A DNA stretch of 52,993 bases from Candidatus Yanofskybacteria bacterium RIFCSPLOWO2_01_FULL_39_28 (GTDB lineage: Bacteria > Patescibacteriota > Minisyncoccia > 2-02-FULL-40-12 > GWA2-44-9). The stretch lies in contig MGKE01000008.1 of NCBI GenBank assembly GCA_001794635.1, positions 1 through 52,993 on the forward strand. The letters run 5' to 3'. The notes under the pieces were generated by a model. That model saw nothing but the letters and a program-made list of their open reading frames with translations, was not told the DNA's origin and did not search any database. Position 1 is the stretch's first letter. Each line of letters starts with the position of its first letter. Shown here one piece after another: positions 18,878 to 28,334 of this stretch. A program made the position numbers and the translations under genes.

Positions 18878-19388
18878 GATGAACACCCTCCTTTAATTCT
18901 CCGAAAATCCCTTCTCCTCTATATCGCATTTCTCTAGTCAAATATTTCTCAACCAACCAAAGTCCGCCTAAAACCAGATAAACAATCAGGGTTGTAATAA
19001 TAGCGGCTGAATACATTCCTAAACCACTGGCAATACCGACTATTGCTACCGCCCAAAGACTGGCCGCAGTTGTAGTCCCTTCAATTTTGCTTTCCCTTCT
19101 CAAGATCGTGCCGGCGCCAATAAAACCAATGCCGACGATAATATTGGCGATAAGATGATAGTCAAAACCATATTCCCCGTTAACCGATGGATAATTCTCA
19201 AAAAGATATATGGAAATTACACTCGCCAATGCTGCGCCCAAGCAAACAAGAATATGAGTTCTCAAGCCAGCTACTTTTCCAGAACGCTCTCGCTCAAATC
19301 CAACAATCCCGCCAAGCAAAGTAGCTACTAGAAGCTTGTCTATGGTGTCAAAATCTAATTTAGACAAAATATCGGTCAGCCATTCCAT
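18852..19388 (-). CDS. MgtC/SapB family protein
   Basis: GFERE...AGLRTH, GIGFIGAG, TTAASLW. Confidence 0.92.
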   Translation of the reverse strand: MEWLTDILSKLDFDTIDKLLVATLLGGIVGFERERSGKVAGLRTHILVCLGAALASVISIYLFENYPSVNGEYGFDYHLIANIIVGIGFIGAGTILRRESKIEGTTTAASLWAVAIVGIASGLGMYSAAIITTLIVYLVLGGLWLVEKYLTREMRYRGEGIFGELKEGVHHVDSDSEK

Positions 19389-19448
19389 AGACTTAAGATT
19401 AGAATATTTAAAAAAACAAAACAACTAAAATTGTGAACATTTCAATTA

Positions 19449-21785
19449 CTACTTGAGAGCTATCTTGAGGACATCTTCCATTGTTTTAGCAAAATAGAAC
19501 TTCATGTCTTTTTTAATTTCTTTGGGAATATCCTCCATGTCTTTTTTATTCTCTGCCGGAAGAATTACGACTTTAAGCCCGGCTCGGTGAGCGGCCAAAA
19601 CTTTTTCTTTAACTCCGCCAATTCCCAACACCTTGCCGCGAAGCGTTACTTCTCCGGTCATGCAGACTTCTTTCTTGAAAGGTTTTTTCAAAAACATGGA
19701 TATAAGAGCAGTTGTTATGGTAATACCGGCTGATGGTCCGTCTTTTTTGATTCCCCCTTCAGGAACATGGATGTGAATATCATCTCCGCTAAAATCTTCT
19801 TTCACACCAAATTTTGCTGAATAAGCCCGAGCAAAACTCAAGGCGGCTAAAGCCGATTCTTTCATCACTGATCCCAATTGACCAGTTATGGTAAGTTTTC
19901 CCTTGCCAGGCATTTTAGTAACTTCAATATCCAAAATCTCTCCCCCAACCGGCGTCCAACCAAGACCAGTAGCCCGACCAATCTCGTCCTTAGTTTCAGC
20001 CATCTGGTGAGAATATTTTGCCGGACCAAGATAATTATGTACCGTTTCTTTGGTTACGGTTATTTGTTTATGAGAAGACGATTCAACGAGTTTTCTTGTA
20101 ATTTTTCTGGCAATCGCCGCCAGTTGGCGCTCCAAGTCTCGGACCCCAGCTTCTCGAGTGTGTTTTTGAATAATATCTGAAAGAGCTGAGTCAGAGAAAG
20201 TTAAAGCTCTTTTTTTGAGCCCATGTTCAATAAACAACTTGGGTAAAAGAAAGTTTTTGGCAATATGCAGTTTTTCCATTTCAGTATAGCCGGGAAAGGG
20301 AATAACTTCTAAACGGTCTCTCAAAGCTGGAGGGATTGTTTCAAGAACATTAGCTGTAGTGATAAACATTACTTCTGACAAATCAAAAGGCACTTCAAGA
20401 TAATGATCTGAAAAAGAATTGTTTTGTTGCGGATCTAAAGCTTCCAAAAGCGCCGCTGAAGGGTCACCGCGGAAATCCATGCCAATTTTATCTATTTCAT
20501 CAAGCATAAAAACAGGATTCTTGACTCTAGCCGTATTGAGACCCTGTATTATTCTTCCCGGTAAAGCGCCGACATAAGTCCTTCGGTGGCCCCTGATTTC
20601 AGCTTCGTCTCTTAAACCGCCCAGAGACACCCTGACAAATTTGCGCCCCAACGCTTTGGCAACAGATTGGCCGATTGAGGTTTTGCCAGTGCCAGGCGGA
20701 CCGACAAGACAAAGAATCGGCCCTTTTAATTTACCGACTTGTTTCTGGACAGCTAAATATTCAAGGACCCGTTCTTTAACTTTGGTTAAACCGTAATGAT
20801 CTTGGTTTAAAACTTTTTCCGCTGTCTTGAGATCTATTTTCTCTTTTGTTTTTTTAGACCAAGGCAATTCTACAATCAAATCCAAATAAGTTCTCAAATA
20901 TGATACTTCCGGATTAAAAGGAGGCATTTTCATCATACGGTTTAACTCTTTGGTCGCCTTTTCTTTAACTTCCTTAGGCATTCCGGCTGATTCAATCTTG
21001 GTTCTCAAACCATTAAATTCATCTTTTTCATCGTCAACACCAAGCTCTTTTTCAATGCTTTTCAGCTGTTCCCGCAAAAATAATTCTTTTTGCATCTTGC
21101 CGATTTGTTTTTTGGTTTCTTTGGTAACAACTTTTTCAGCTTCTGATATTTCAATCTCACGGGTTAAAAAATAGTTAAGCTTTTTCAGGGCTTCAACTGG
21201 ATTTACGGCCTCAAGAATACTCTGCTGGTCTTGAATTTCCAGGCCCAAATTTACCGTAACCAAGCTGACTATTTGGTCGGTGTCTTTAATTTGAGACATC
21301 ATATAAATTATTTCCGGAGACACTGACGGGAAAGATTTGAATTCAGAAATAGTGCGGAACTGGTCTATCACTAATCTGGTCAAAGCCCTTTCTTCAAGAT
21401 CATCACCGCTCGTTCCTTTGCCGGCCATCGGCTCAAATTTAACTTTAAAAAACGGCTCTTCGCTGGAAAAATCAGATATTCTGGCTTTAACCAGTCCTTC
21501 TACGTCAACCTTTGACGAGCCGTCGGGTAGTTTAAAAGTGGAAACTATTCGGCCCACAGTGCCGACCCGGAATAAATCAGGAGTCTGAACATTGTCTTCA
21601 ATGTTTTTCTGAGTAACAAAAAACACCAATCTTTCATTGGTCATTGCTTGTTCCAACGCCGTCATTGATTTGGGCCTTTGAACAATAAGGGGAATTACAA
21701 CTTTCGGGAAAAGAACGGTGTTTTTAAGTGCTATCAACGGTAATTCCTCCGGAATAAATATATTGTTTATTTTAAAATTCGGCAT
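19449..21785 (-). CDS. lon: ATP-dependent Lon protease
   Basis: GPPGTGKT, DEIDK, KDGPSAG, GGVKEK. Confidence 0.98.
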   Translation of the reverse strand: MPNFKINNIFIPEELPLIALKNTVLFPKVVIPLIVQRPKSMTALEQAMTNERLVFFVTQKNIEDNVQTPDLFRVGTVGRIVSTFKLPDGSSKVDVEGLVKARISDFSSEEPFFKVKFEPMAGKGTSGDDLEERALTRLVIDQFRTISEFKSFPSVSPEIIYMMSQIKDTDQIVSLVTVNLGLEIQDQQSILEAVNPVEALKKLNYFLTREIEISEAEKVVTKETKKQIGKMQKELFLREQLKSIEKELGVDDEKDEFNGLRTKIESAGMPKEVKEKATKELNRMMKMPPFNPEVSYLRTYLDLIVELPWSKKTKEKIDLKTAEKVLNQDHYGLTKVKERVLEYLAVQKQVGKLKGPILCLVGPPGTGKTSIGQSVAKALGRKFVRVSLGGLRDEAEIRGHRRTYVGALPGRIIQGLNTARVKNPVFMLDEIDKIGMDFRGDPSAALLEALDPQQNNSFSDHYLEVPFDLSEVMFITTANVLETIPPALRDRLEVIPFPGYTEMEKLHIAKNFLLPKLFIEHGLKKRALTFSDSALSDIIQKHTREAGVRDLERQLAAIARKITRKLVESSSHKQITVTKETVHNYLGPAKYSHQMAETKDEIGRATGLGWTPVGGEILDIEVTKMPGKGKLTITGQLGSVMKESALAALSFARAYSAKFGVKEDFSGDDIHIHVPEGGIKKDGPSAGITITTALISMFLKKPFKKEVCMTGEVTLRGKVLGIGGVKEKVLAAHRAGLKVVILPAENKKDMEDIPKEIKKDMKFYFAKTMEDVLKIALK

Positions 21786-21831
21786 TTCTAGAATATTTTA
21801 ATAAATTTTGAGAAAAAGTCAACCAATCAAC

Positions 21832-22563
21832 TTAGTAGTACCAATCTTCTCTTGGTGGGGCATCTTTTATGAGTTCAAAGGCCTCTTCGGCTGTATCAAC
21901 TATTTTATAAATAAGAAAATCTTCTTTATCTATTGTCTTGTACTCTTGATATAGAACATTTTTTAAACAATTATCTATGTGGCCCCAGTAATCTGTTCCT
22001 ACTAGAACAACTGGTATTTTTTCTGATATTTTTTTGGTTTGGATCAAAGTTATCAACTCAAAAACTTCATCCAACGTTCCCAGCCCGCCAGGAAAAAATA
22101 CATACGCCCGAGCGGCAAAAGAAAGCATGACTTTTCTTACAAAAAAATAATGGAAAGCTGCGCTTTCCTGGACATAGGGATTTATTCTTTGTTCCATTTC
22201 AAGCTGGATATTTAATCCGATTGACTTGCCTCCGCCCTCAACCGCTCCCCGATTGCCTGCTTCCATAATACCGGGACCGCCGCCAGTAACTACGGCAAAC
22301 CCGTCTTCAGCCACCATTTTACCCAGCTTACGGGCTTCTTCATACCATCTATCACCTTCAACGGTTCTTGCAGAACCAAAAAAGGACACTGTTTTTTTAA
22401 AATCAGCTAAAAATTGCCAACCATCAACAAATTCAGAAAGTATCCTAAACACTCTCCAGTGAAGTGAAGTCCTGAAATCTTCCCCCGGTTTAGGTTTTGG
22501 CTTTGGCGGCGGTAGTTTGGAAGCCGGAAGATTTAGCTTGCTCTTTTTAATACCATTAGTCAT
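21832..22563 (-). CDS. LOG family nucleotide phosphoribohydrolase (TIGR00730-like)
   Basis: FGSAR, TGGGPGIMEA, PGGLGTLDE. Confidence 0.92.
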   Translation of the reverse strand: MTNGIKKSKLNLPASKLPPPKPKPKPGEDFRTSLHWRVFRILSEFVDGWQFLADFKKTVSFFGSARTVEGDRWYEEARKLGKMVAEDGFAVVTGGGPGIMEAGNRGAVEGGGKSIGLNIQLEMEQRINPYVQESAAFHYFFVRKVMLSFAARAYVFFPGGLGTLDEVFELITLIQTKKISEKIPVVLVGTDYWGHIDNCLKNVLYQEYKTIDKEDFLIYKIVDTAEEAFELIKDAPPREDWYY

Positions 22564-22612
22564 AATAAATTTATCTTACAACTTTGAGGATATTTTTGAA
22601 GAGGATAACTTA

Positions 22613-22840
22613 GCTCGCCCCCACCTCATCTTCATCAAAGGACTACGCCTCATGGAGTCCTTACAGTCGCAGAGGTTATATTTTCTCTGACCAATGGTGG
22701 TTGCCCCCGGTCAGGCCATGCGGATCGGCCAAAATCCCGACCGAGCCTGACCACCCCCATTGGACTCCCAGGAAAATATAACCTCTGCTCCTTAATGACT
22801 ATCTATTCGTTGTATTGATTCAGATGAGATGGGGCTACGC
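22613..22840 (-). ncRNA. 228-nt rod-like structured RNA candidate (6S-like, or divergent copy D of the rod element)
   Basis: Closing stem CCCCATCTCATCT/AGATGAGGTGGGG, central bubble, 17-bp stem GCAGAGGTTATATTTTC/GAAAATATAACCTCTGC, apical stems. Confidence 0.6.
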
Positions 22841-22953
22841 AATATTGACGGCTAAAAGGTTTCAAAAATGGTACGGAAAGGATTCGCTGTGATTTTTTTA
22901 TACAAAACTTGCAAAGTTAATAAAAATGTGATATAATCTGAAACGAGGTGAAT

Positions 22954-23226
22954 ATGTCGCCACTCCCAGTGAGATCAGGTCGATTAGAGGATCCGGTTTT
23001 CCTAGAAGAATTTCGACTACACATTGTCTCGGAACTTCTGGAACTGGTCACCCATCCTGGTTCTGGATATGGCTCCAGAGCTAGCGAAATTTACACTCGC
23101 TTTGACAACGAAGGACAACTTCCTCTTAGTGACAGACTCGTAGACGGTATGTTTGTAAGATGCTGTCAGGAAATCAGACTAACTCCTGACGAAATCAACC
23201 AACTCCAATCCCAATGGTTTTCCTAA
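22954..23226 (+). CDS. Hypothetical protein
   Basis: Promoter TTGCAA-17-TATAAT (22909-22937), SD GAGG, terminator at about 23273-23312. Confidence 0.7.
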   Translation: MSPLPVRSGRLEDPVFLEEFRLHIVSELLELVTHPGSGYGSRASEIYTRFDNEGQLPLSDRLVDGMFVRCCQEIRLTPDEINQLQSQWFS

Positions 23227-23418
23227 AAGTTATCCTTCTAACTCAACTGATCAACATCTGCCAAATTATACAAGCCTCGCATGGTTAATCACCACACGAG
23301 GCTTTTTTGTTTTCACGAAAAAATATAAAAATTGCGTTGCCTTAGGTTTTCTGAAACCTTTGACAAACATGTTAAACATCGAGTGTTTAACATTGCTTTA
23401 ATAATTTGAACCGCAAAC

Positions 23419-23609
23419 AGCGAGTGAAGCTCTTGGCCATCTGAAGCAATTGAGACCCCGAGGTCGCTGGATGATATAATATATTGGCCGTTTTAGGCCA
23501 AATCAGCCAGCGACCAGAGGGGCGAACTTAGCTGAGGCGACGAGGCAGCTCCGGAGGAGTGCCGAGGGAGCCGGAAGCGTGCTGAAGATGGCTTAGGGCT
23601 TCGCTCGCT
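23419..23609 (+). repeat. Rod-shaped structured element, copy B
   Basis: Near-identical core to copy A, with a different but self-complementary outer stem. Confidence 0.92.
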
Positions 23610-23613
23610 CACA

Positions 23614-24984
23614 CTACAACTCGAAACCTTCTCCCATCTCCGGTACAAATGTTTCCACGTTAAATTCTTCTCTTATTTTACCAGATAAAACTGAACTGGA
23701 ATGGTATTCGCCGTGAATAATAAAAACTTTTTTAAGATTGCCGTCTTGTTTGGCTTTACCGACCCAATCTATCAACATTACCTGGTCGGCGTGAGCCGAA
23801 TAGCCCTCTATTGACCGAACTGAACAATTAACCTGAACCTTCTGACCAAGAATTTTAACTTCTTTCTTGCCATCTAATATTTGTCTTCCCGGTGAACCTT
23901 CAACCTGATAACCGACAAAAAGAATCGTGGAATTAGGATCAGGCAAATATTCCCTCTCGTGGTAAAGTATTCTACCCCCCAGTGACATCCCCGAACCGGC
24001 AATAATTATTTTAGAAAATTTTATATCATTGATTGCCTTAGATTCCTGACTTGAAAAAGTAAGATGAAGTCCTGGAAAATTAAATATATCGTCACCCGTT
24101 CTAATGTCATGGATAACTTTTTTGTTAAAATAACGCTCATAGTTTTTGTAAACTTTGGTTAATTTAATCGCTAAAGGCGAATCTAGAAATACCGGAATTT
24201 TGGGTAAAGTTTCATGTTCTATAAGTTCATTAATTTCATAAATTAACTCCTGAGTCCGTTCAATGGCAAACGTTGGAATCATTAACGTTCCGCCTTTTTT
24301 GACTGTTTCCTCTATTACTTGCCGTAAAATTTCTTTCTTATCCACGTTTTTATCATGCAACCGATCACCATAGGTTGATTCTACGACAACATAATCGGCC
24401 TGGTTAGGCATATCATAGTGCTTAAGAAGCGGAACCGGATAATTACCCAGGTCTCCTGAAAAATAAATACTCTTTGACACTCCGGTTTCTTCTTTCCAGT
24501 TTATTTCAATTATGGCCGATCCCAATATGTGGCCAGCATCATGAAAAATAGCTTTAATATCTTGGCCTAAATCCAACTCTTCTCCATACTCAACCCCTTG
24601 TGACAAAAGAAAGGCCTGATGCAAGTCTCCAGAGCTAAATAAGGGATCGTGGCCATCTTTTTTTGCTTCGTCTTTTATAAGATCCATATTATCGTCAAGG
24701 GCAATGGCCGATAAATCAATGGTCGGTTTCGTTGCAAAAAATTTTCCCCGAAAACCCTCTTTATATAATTTGGGCAATCGGCCAGAATGATCGGCATGAC
24801 TGTGAGTAAGCAAAACAAAATCTATTTCTTTCGGATCGTAAGCAAATGAAGAATAATTTAATGTCTCAGCAAATTTGGAACCCTGGAAAAGTCCGCAATC
24901 AACCAAAATCTTTTTTCCTTTGTGTTCAAGTAAAAAATTGGATCCTGTTACTTGTTGAGTAGCGCCGTAAAATGAAATTTTCAT
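23614..24984 (-). CDS. MBL-fold beta-CASP ribonuclease
   Basis: THSHADH, AGHILGS, SGD, ESTYGDR, SAHAD, HGE. Confidence 0.95.
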   Translation of the reverse strand: MKISFYGATQQVTGSNFLLEHKGKKILVDCGLFQGSKFAETLNYSSFAYDPKEIDFVLLTHSHADHSGRLPKLYKEGFRGKFFATKPTIDLSAIALDDNMDLIKDEAKKDGHDPLFSSGDLHQAFLLSQGVEYGEELDLGQDIKAIFHDAGHILGSAIIEINWKEETGVSKSIYFSGDLGNYPVPLLKHYDMPNQADYVVVESTYGDRLHDKNVDKKEILRQVIEETVKKGGTLMIPTFAIERTQELIYEINELIEHETLPKIPVFLDSPLAIKLTKVYKNYERYFNKKVIHDIRTGDDIFNFPGLHLTFSSQESKAINDIKFSKIIIAGSGMSLGGRILYHEREYLPDPNSTILFVGYQVEGSPGRQILDGKKEVKILGQKVQVNCSVRSIEGYSAHADQVMLIDWVGKAKQDGNLKKVFIIHGEYHSSSVLSGKIREEFNVETFVPEMGEGFEL

Positions 24985-25805
24985 ATTAAAGAGATTAGAT
25001 AACCGATTATCGTCATTGTGGCTATAGGCGGTAGGGCAGCCATTGGTTTTCTTTCTTTTTGATTTACAAAAATTAAATGAGTCAAAAATAAACCGGCAAC
25101 CACAAAAACAGCAACTATTATGGCCCGGCTGATTGATGTAGCTGCTACTGAACTTACAAAAACCAGAGGCAATCCAATATCACCGGATCCTAAAATCATA
25201 AACTTTTCACCAAATTTTTGCCCAGCTTCTGGTTTGTGATAGAAAAAGTCTCCCATTTCAAACGGGATCACAAAACCAAGAATCGCCCCGCTTTCAACCA
25301 TACCCCTAGCCATTTGAACCATGTGTTTAGTCCAGTAAACCGCAAGAATATCATAGAAAGACAGGATAACAAGCAAGGCAATACCCATGTTTGGAGAAAT
25401 AGTAATACCTAAAATACTAGCGATACCGGCTATGCCAAACATAATTGAAACATCATGAACAAAAACATTGCGGGCCATAATAAAAATAGCAACTAAAGAT
25501 ATTGCCAACAAAACATCCCAAGGAAAATCTACAAATGAACCAAATATAATTTGAGAGCCGGAAAAAATAATAAGCAAGAGAAAAAACCTGAAGGCAAACA
25601 CGTTAACCTGCCTGAATCTTTTCATTAGTAAAATAAGGACTGCAAAAAATACCAAAAACAAACCGAGACCATCAAAAGAAAACTGTGGCGCAATAGAACT
25701 TTGTTCAACCAATGGAGCATAACGATAAGCAATAATAGCGCCAATCAAAAAAGTAGGGATAAACAAAATCAACTCTTTTAGAAATAACCCCGGTTTAATG
25801 ACCAT
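24981..25805 (-). CDS. Presenilin-like GxGD intramembrane aspartyl protease
   Basis: YD, LGSGD, MAALP motifs in a multi-TM protein; ATGA overlap with the nuclease gene. Confidence 0.85.
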   Translation of the reverse strand: MVIKPGLFLKELILFIPTFLIGAIIAYRYAPLVEQSSIAPQFSFDGLGLFLVFFAVLILLMKRFRQVNVFAFRFFLLLIIFSGSQIIFGSFVDFPWDVLLAISLVAIFIMARNVFVHDVSIMFGIAGIASILGITISPNMGIALLVILSFYDILAVYWTKHMVQMARGMVESGAILGFVIPFEMGDFFYHKPEAGQKFGEKFMILGSGDIGLPLVFVSSVAATSISRAIIVAVFVVAGLFLTHLIFVNQKERKPMAALPPIATMTIIGYLISLI

Positions 25806-25827
25806 GCAAAAAGTTTAAAGTTTTAGT

Positions 25828-26280
25828 TTATCTGACAATTATTGTACCGACTTCTTCGTTTTTCTTGTCATTATAATAACCAAATATCCCTTTCTCTGAA
25901 AAAGTATAAGAAAAGTAGCTTCCTTGAGGAATATCTCCAACACTGTCAAAGAGGGGTATCTTGCTTACGCCTTGAATATCAGCAATTACTCTAATACCAA
26001 AGAAGCTTTCATTCTTAAATCTAACCGTATCGCCAGCCCTTATCCTTAAATTTGTCGGGCTAAAAACTCCGCTCTTATAGATAACCGTATAGAACCTCGG
26101 CTCTTTTGTAATTTCTGGTGTTACTGTTGGAATGTTGGAAGATAAATTTCTGGTATCGCCCATGATTTGGATAGCCCCAGCCAGCAAAAGAAGCATCATA
26201 ATAATAAGTACCCAAAACACCGCCGGATTATGGCGGTCAGGGCCATTTTTGATTGCGCTAATCAGCTTCGGCTCAAACAT
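25828..26280 (-). CDS. Membrane-anchored cupredoxin-fold protein
   Basis: FSP..L.I..GDTV.F.N...F.YTF...G...Y; Cys/His/Met ligands absent. Confidence 0.75.
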   Translation of the reverse strand: MFEPKLISAIKNGPDRHNPAVFWVLIIMMLLLLAGAIQIMGDTRNLSSNIPTVTPEITKEPRFYTVIYKSGVFSPTNLRIRAGDTVRFKNESFFGIRVIADIQGVSKIPLFDSVGDIPQGSYFSYTFSEKGIFGYYNDKKNEEVGTIIVR

Positions 26281-26332
26281 ATCCCTATTTTAACATAAAA
26301 TTTGCCCAAAACAAAAAGACCCTTGCGGTCTT

Positions 26333-26827
26333 TTAAAAACTTAGATATTCTTTTAAAAATTCATTCGCCTTATGAAAAGCGCACTTCAGGTCATCAGATC
26401 TTCCATGTCCAGAATTTGGACAGTCAACTTGAACAATAAAAATATCTAGATTATCCCAGGAAATTGCATTTCCTGAAAACTCAAAATTGAGCCAAAACTC
26501 TTGTGTCAATTTAAAAACTTCCAAGTCTCTTTTAACATCTTCTATAAAGTTACGGTCTTTGGTCAAAATAATAAAAGCGCATCTGGCCGGATTTATTTTG
26601 CCTTCAGCAATACCGTTAATTATCCTGGAAACAAAGTATAAAAAAACCCTTAAGTCTGACCAACCTTGGAATTTTTTGGTATTGCAGTGCTCAACTGTAA
26701 CTTGGTTTTTAAAGCGATGCAGACACAAAATGCCTGGCCTGGTTTGGCAGTTTTCCTGGCATCTCTCTAGAGTTGGCAGATTAGCATCAAAACATATAAC
26801 GGCTTCCAGTTCCTTTTCTGTGCCCAG
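26333..26827 (-). CDS. PIN-like (DUF5615/Mut7-C type) protein, probable CTG start
   Basis: Frame open upstream of 26728 giving FDANLP; SD..V and ILTKDRNF motifs; SD AAAGGA 7 nt before CTG; promoter TTGACC-17-TATCAT at 26894-26866. Confidence 0.6.
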   Translation of the reverse strand: MGTEKELEAVICFDANLPTLERCQENCQTRPGILCLHRFKNQVTVEHCNTKKFQGWSDLRVFLYFVSRIINGIAEGKINPARCAFIILTKDRNFIEDVKRDLEVFKLTQEFWLNFEFSGNAISWDNLDIFIVQVDCPNSGHGRSDDLKCAFHKANEFLKEYLSF

Positions 26828-26871
26828 AGACGTATCCTTTCAAAGAACCACGAGTTGATGTAAATATGATA

Positions 26872-28236
26872 CTACCCTGATTTGAGAAGGTCAATAACGG
26901 TTTGTTTGTCTGACCACGGTATCTTTTTATTCCTGGCTGCAGCCATAGACGTTTCCGAACCCTTGCCGGTAATTATCACCGTATCGCCTTTTTGAGCCAT
27001 AGAAATTGCTTTTTGAATTGCTTCTTTTCTATCTAAAATTTTACTTGTTACTTGTTGCTTGTTACTTGTTGCTGATGAAAAACCAGAAGCAATTTGATCT
27101 AAGATTTCTTCTGGTTTTTCATCATACGGGTCTTCGTTGGTCAAAATTATCTCATCACAATATTGAGCCGCCATCCGCCCAAACTCCGGTCTTTTCCACT
27201 TATCTCTTCCTCCTCCAGCTGCTCCCAAAACGCAAACGAGCTTATTTGCGTTTTGGGAGCCCTGAGCTTGTCGAAGGGCCAGTTCATTTTTCAACGTCTT
27301 ATATACTGCTTCCAAAGAATCCGGTGTATGGGCGTAGTCCACAACTACATTAAACGGCTCTCGTTGCAAGAACTCCATGCGACCGGGAATAAGTTTGATA
27401 GATTCAAGCGCTGGTTTCATGCTTGGCAAATCTATTTTATACATCGCTCCCACCGCCAACGCCGCCAGACAGTTCATCACATTAAATTCGCCCGCCAGAT
27501 TAATATCAAAGTAAGTGCCATATAATTCAAAGGAAGTTCCTTTTTGTGTTAATTTGACTTTATCAGCAACTAGGTCGCCCTTTTTCAGGCCAAAAAATAT
27601 TTTATGCTTAGCTGGAAAGTTACCGAACAAATCCGTGTGCTGATCGTCAGCATTAATTACATGAATATTTTTGGTCTTATTAAATAATTCCTGTTTGGCT
27701 TGATAGTAATTTTCAAAAGAACCGTGGCTTTCAAGATGTTCTTTGTGTAAGTTAGTAAAAACAGCGCAATCAAAACTAATTCCCAAATGTCTTTTTTGCT
27801 TAATACCTTCTGAAGTCACCTCCAAAACAAAATATTCACAACCAGCTTTTACTGCTTCGGCTAATAATTTTTGAAGCCGAAAACGGCCAGGCATGGTCAT
27901 TTTCAAAGTGTTCGGCCATTCTTTGTCTTTTATTTTGTATCCAAGAGAGCCACAAGCAGCGACTCCCCCCACTTGGACGTTCAACTTCACCCCACTTGGA
28001 CGTTCAACTTCCAAGTCAGCCTCTAAAATTTTTGTGATCAGATAAACAACCGTTGATTTACCCTTGGTTCCAGTTACACCGATAACTTTTAATTTCTTTG
28101 AAGGAAATCCATAAACCAAAGCTCCCGTGTAAGCGAGGATTGCGTGATAAGCAGGCTGAAAAAAATTAAAAACTGATTTTGGTATCAGCTTCTTGACACT
28201 AAATAATACTTTGTCTAATATGTTCTCTTTGAGCAT
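26872..28236 (-). CDS. murE: UDP-N-acetylmuramyl-tripeptide synthetase
   Basis: GVTGTKGKST, EVTS, TNL..EHLE.H, PGRME, DYAHTPD, NEDP, GKGSE. Confidence 0.95.
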   Translation of the reverse strand: MLKENILDKVLFSVKKLIPKSVFNFFQPAYHAILAYTGALVYGFPSKKLKVIGVTGTKGKSTVVYLITKILEADLEVERPSGVKLNVQVGGVAACGSLGYKIKDKEWPNTLKMTMPGRFRLQKLLAEAVKAGCEYFVLEVTSEGIKQKRHLGISFDCAVFTNLHKEHLESHGSFENYYQAKQELFNKTKNIHVINADDQHTDLFGNFPAKHKIFFGLKKGDLVADKVKLTQKGTSFELYGTYFDINLAGEFNVMNCLAALAVGAMYKIDLPSMKPALESIKLIPGRMEFLQREPFNVVVDYAHTPDSLEAVYKTLKNELALRQAQGSQNANKLVCVLGAAGGGRDKWKRPEFGRMAAQYCDEIILTNEDPYDEKPEEILDQIASGFSSATSNKQQVTSKILDRKEAIQKAISMAQKGDTVIITGKGSETSMAAARNKKIPWSDKQTVIDLLKSG

Positions 28237-28299
28237 AGAATAGTCAAAATATATCATAAATTAACCAAAAAGTAAGCCTTTTTCGGGCACGACTAACTG

Positions 28300-28328
28300 T
28301 TGACAAAGTAATATCAGTATGTTATACT
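28300..28328 (+). promoter_or_regulatory. Near-consensus sigma70 promoter of the large RNA
   Basis: TTGACA-17-TATACT with extended -10 TG. Confidence 0.85.
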
Positions 28329-28334
28329 TAAAAA

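Noticed and set aside
22602-23236. 10-bp inverted repeat AGGATAACTT/AAGTTATCCT around the rod RNA and small ORF
   Set aside because: Short and AT-rich, no TSD or transposase; may be chance
27965-28017. Possible CRISPR repeat
   Set aside because: Two abutting 23-nt units with no spacer, inside murE, and no cas genes
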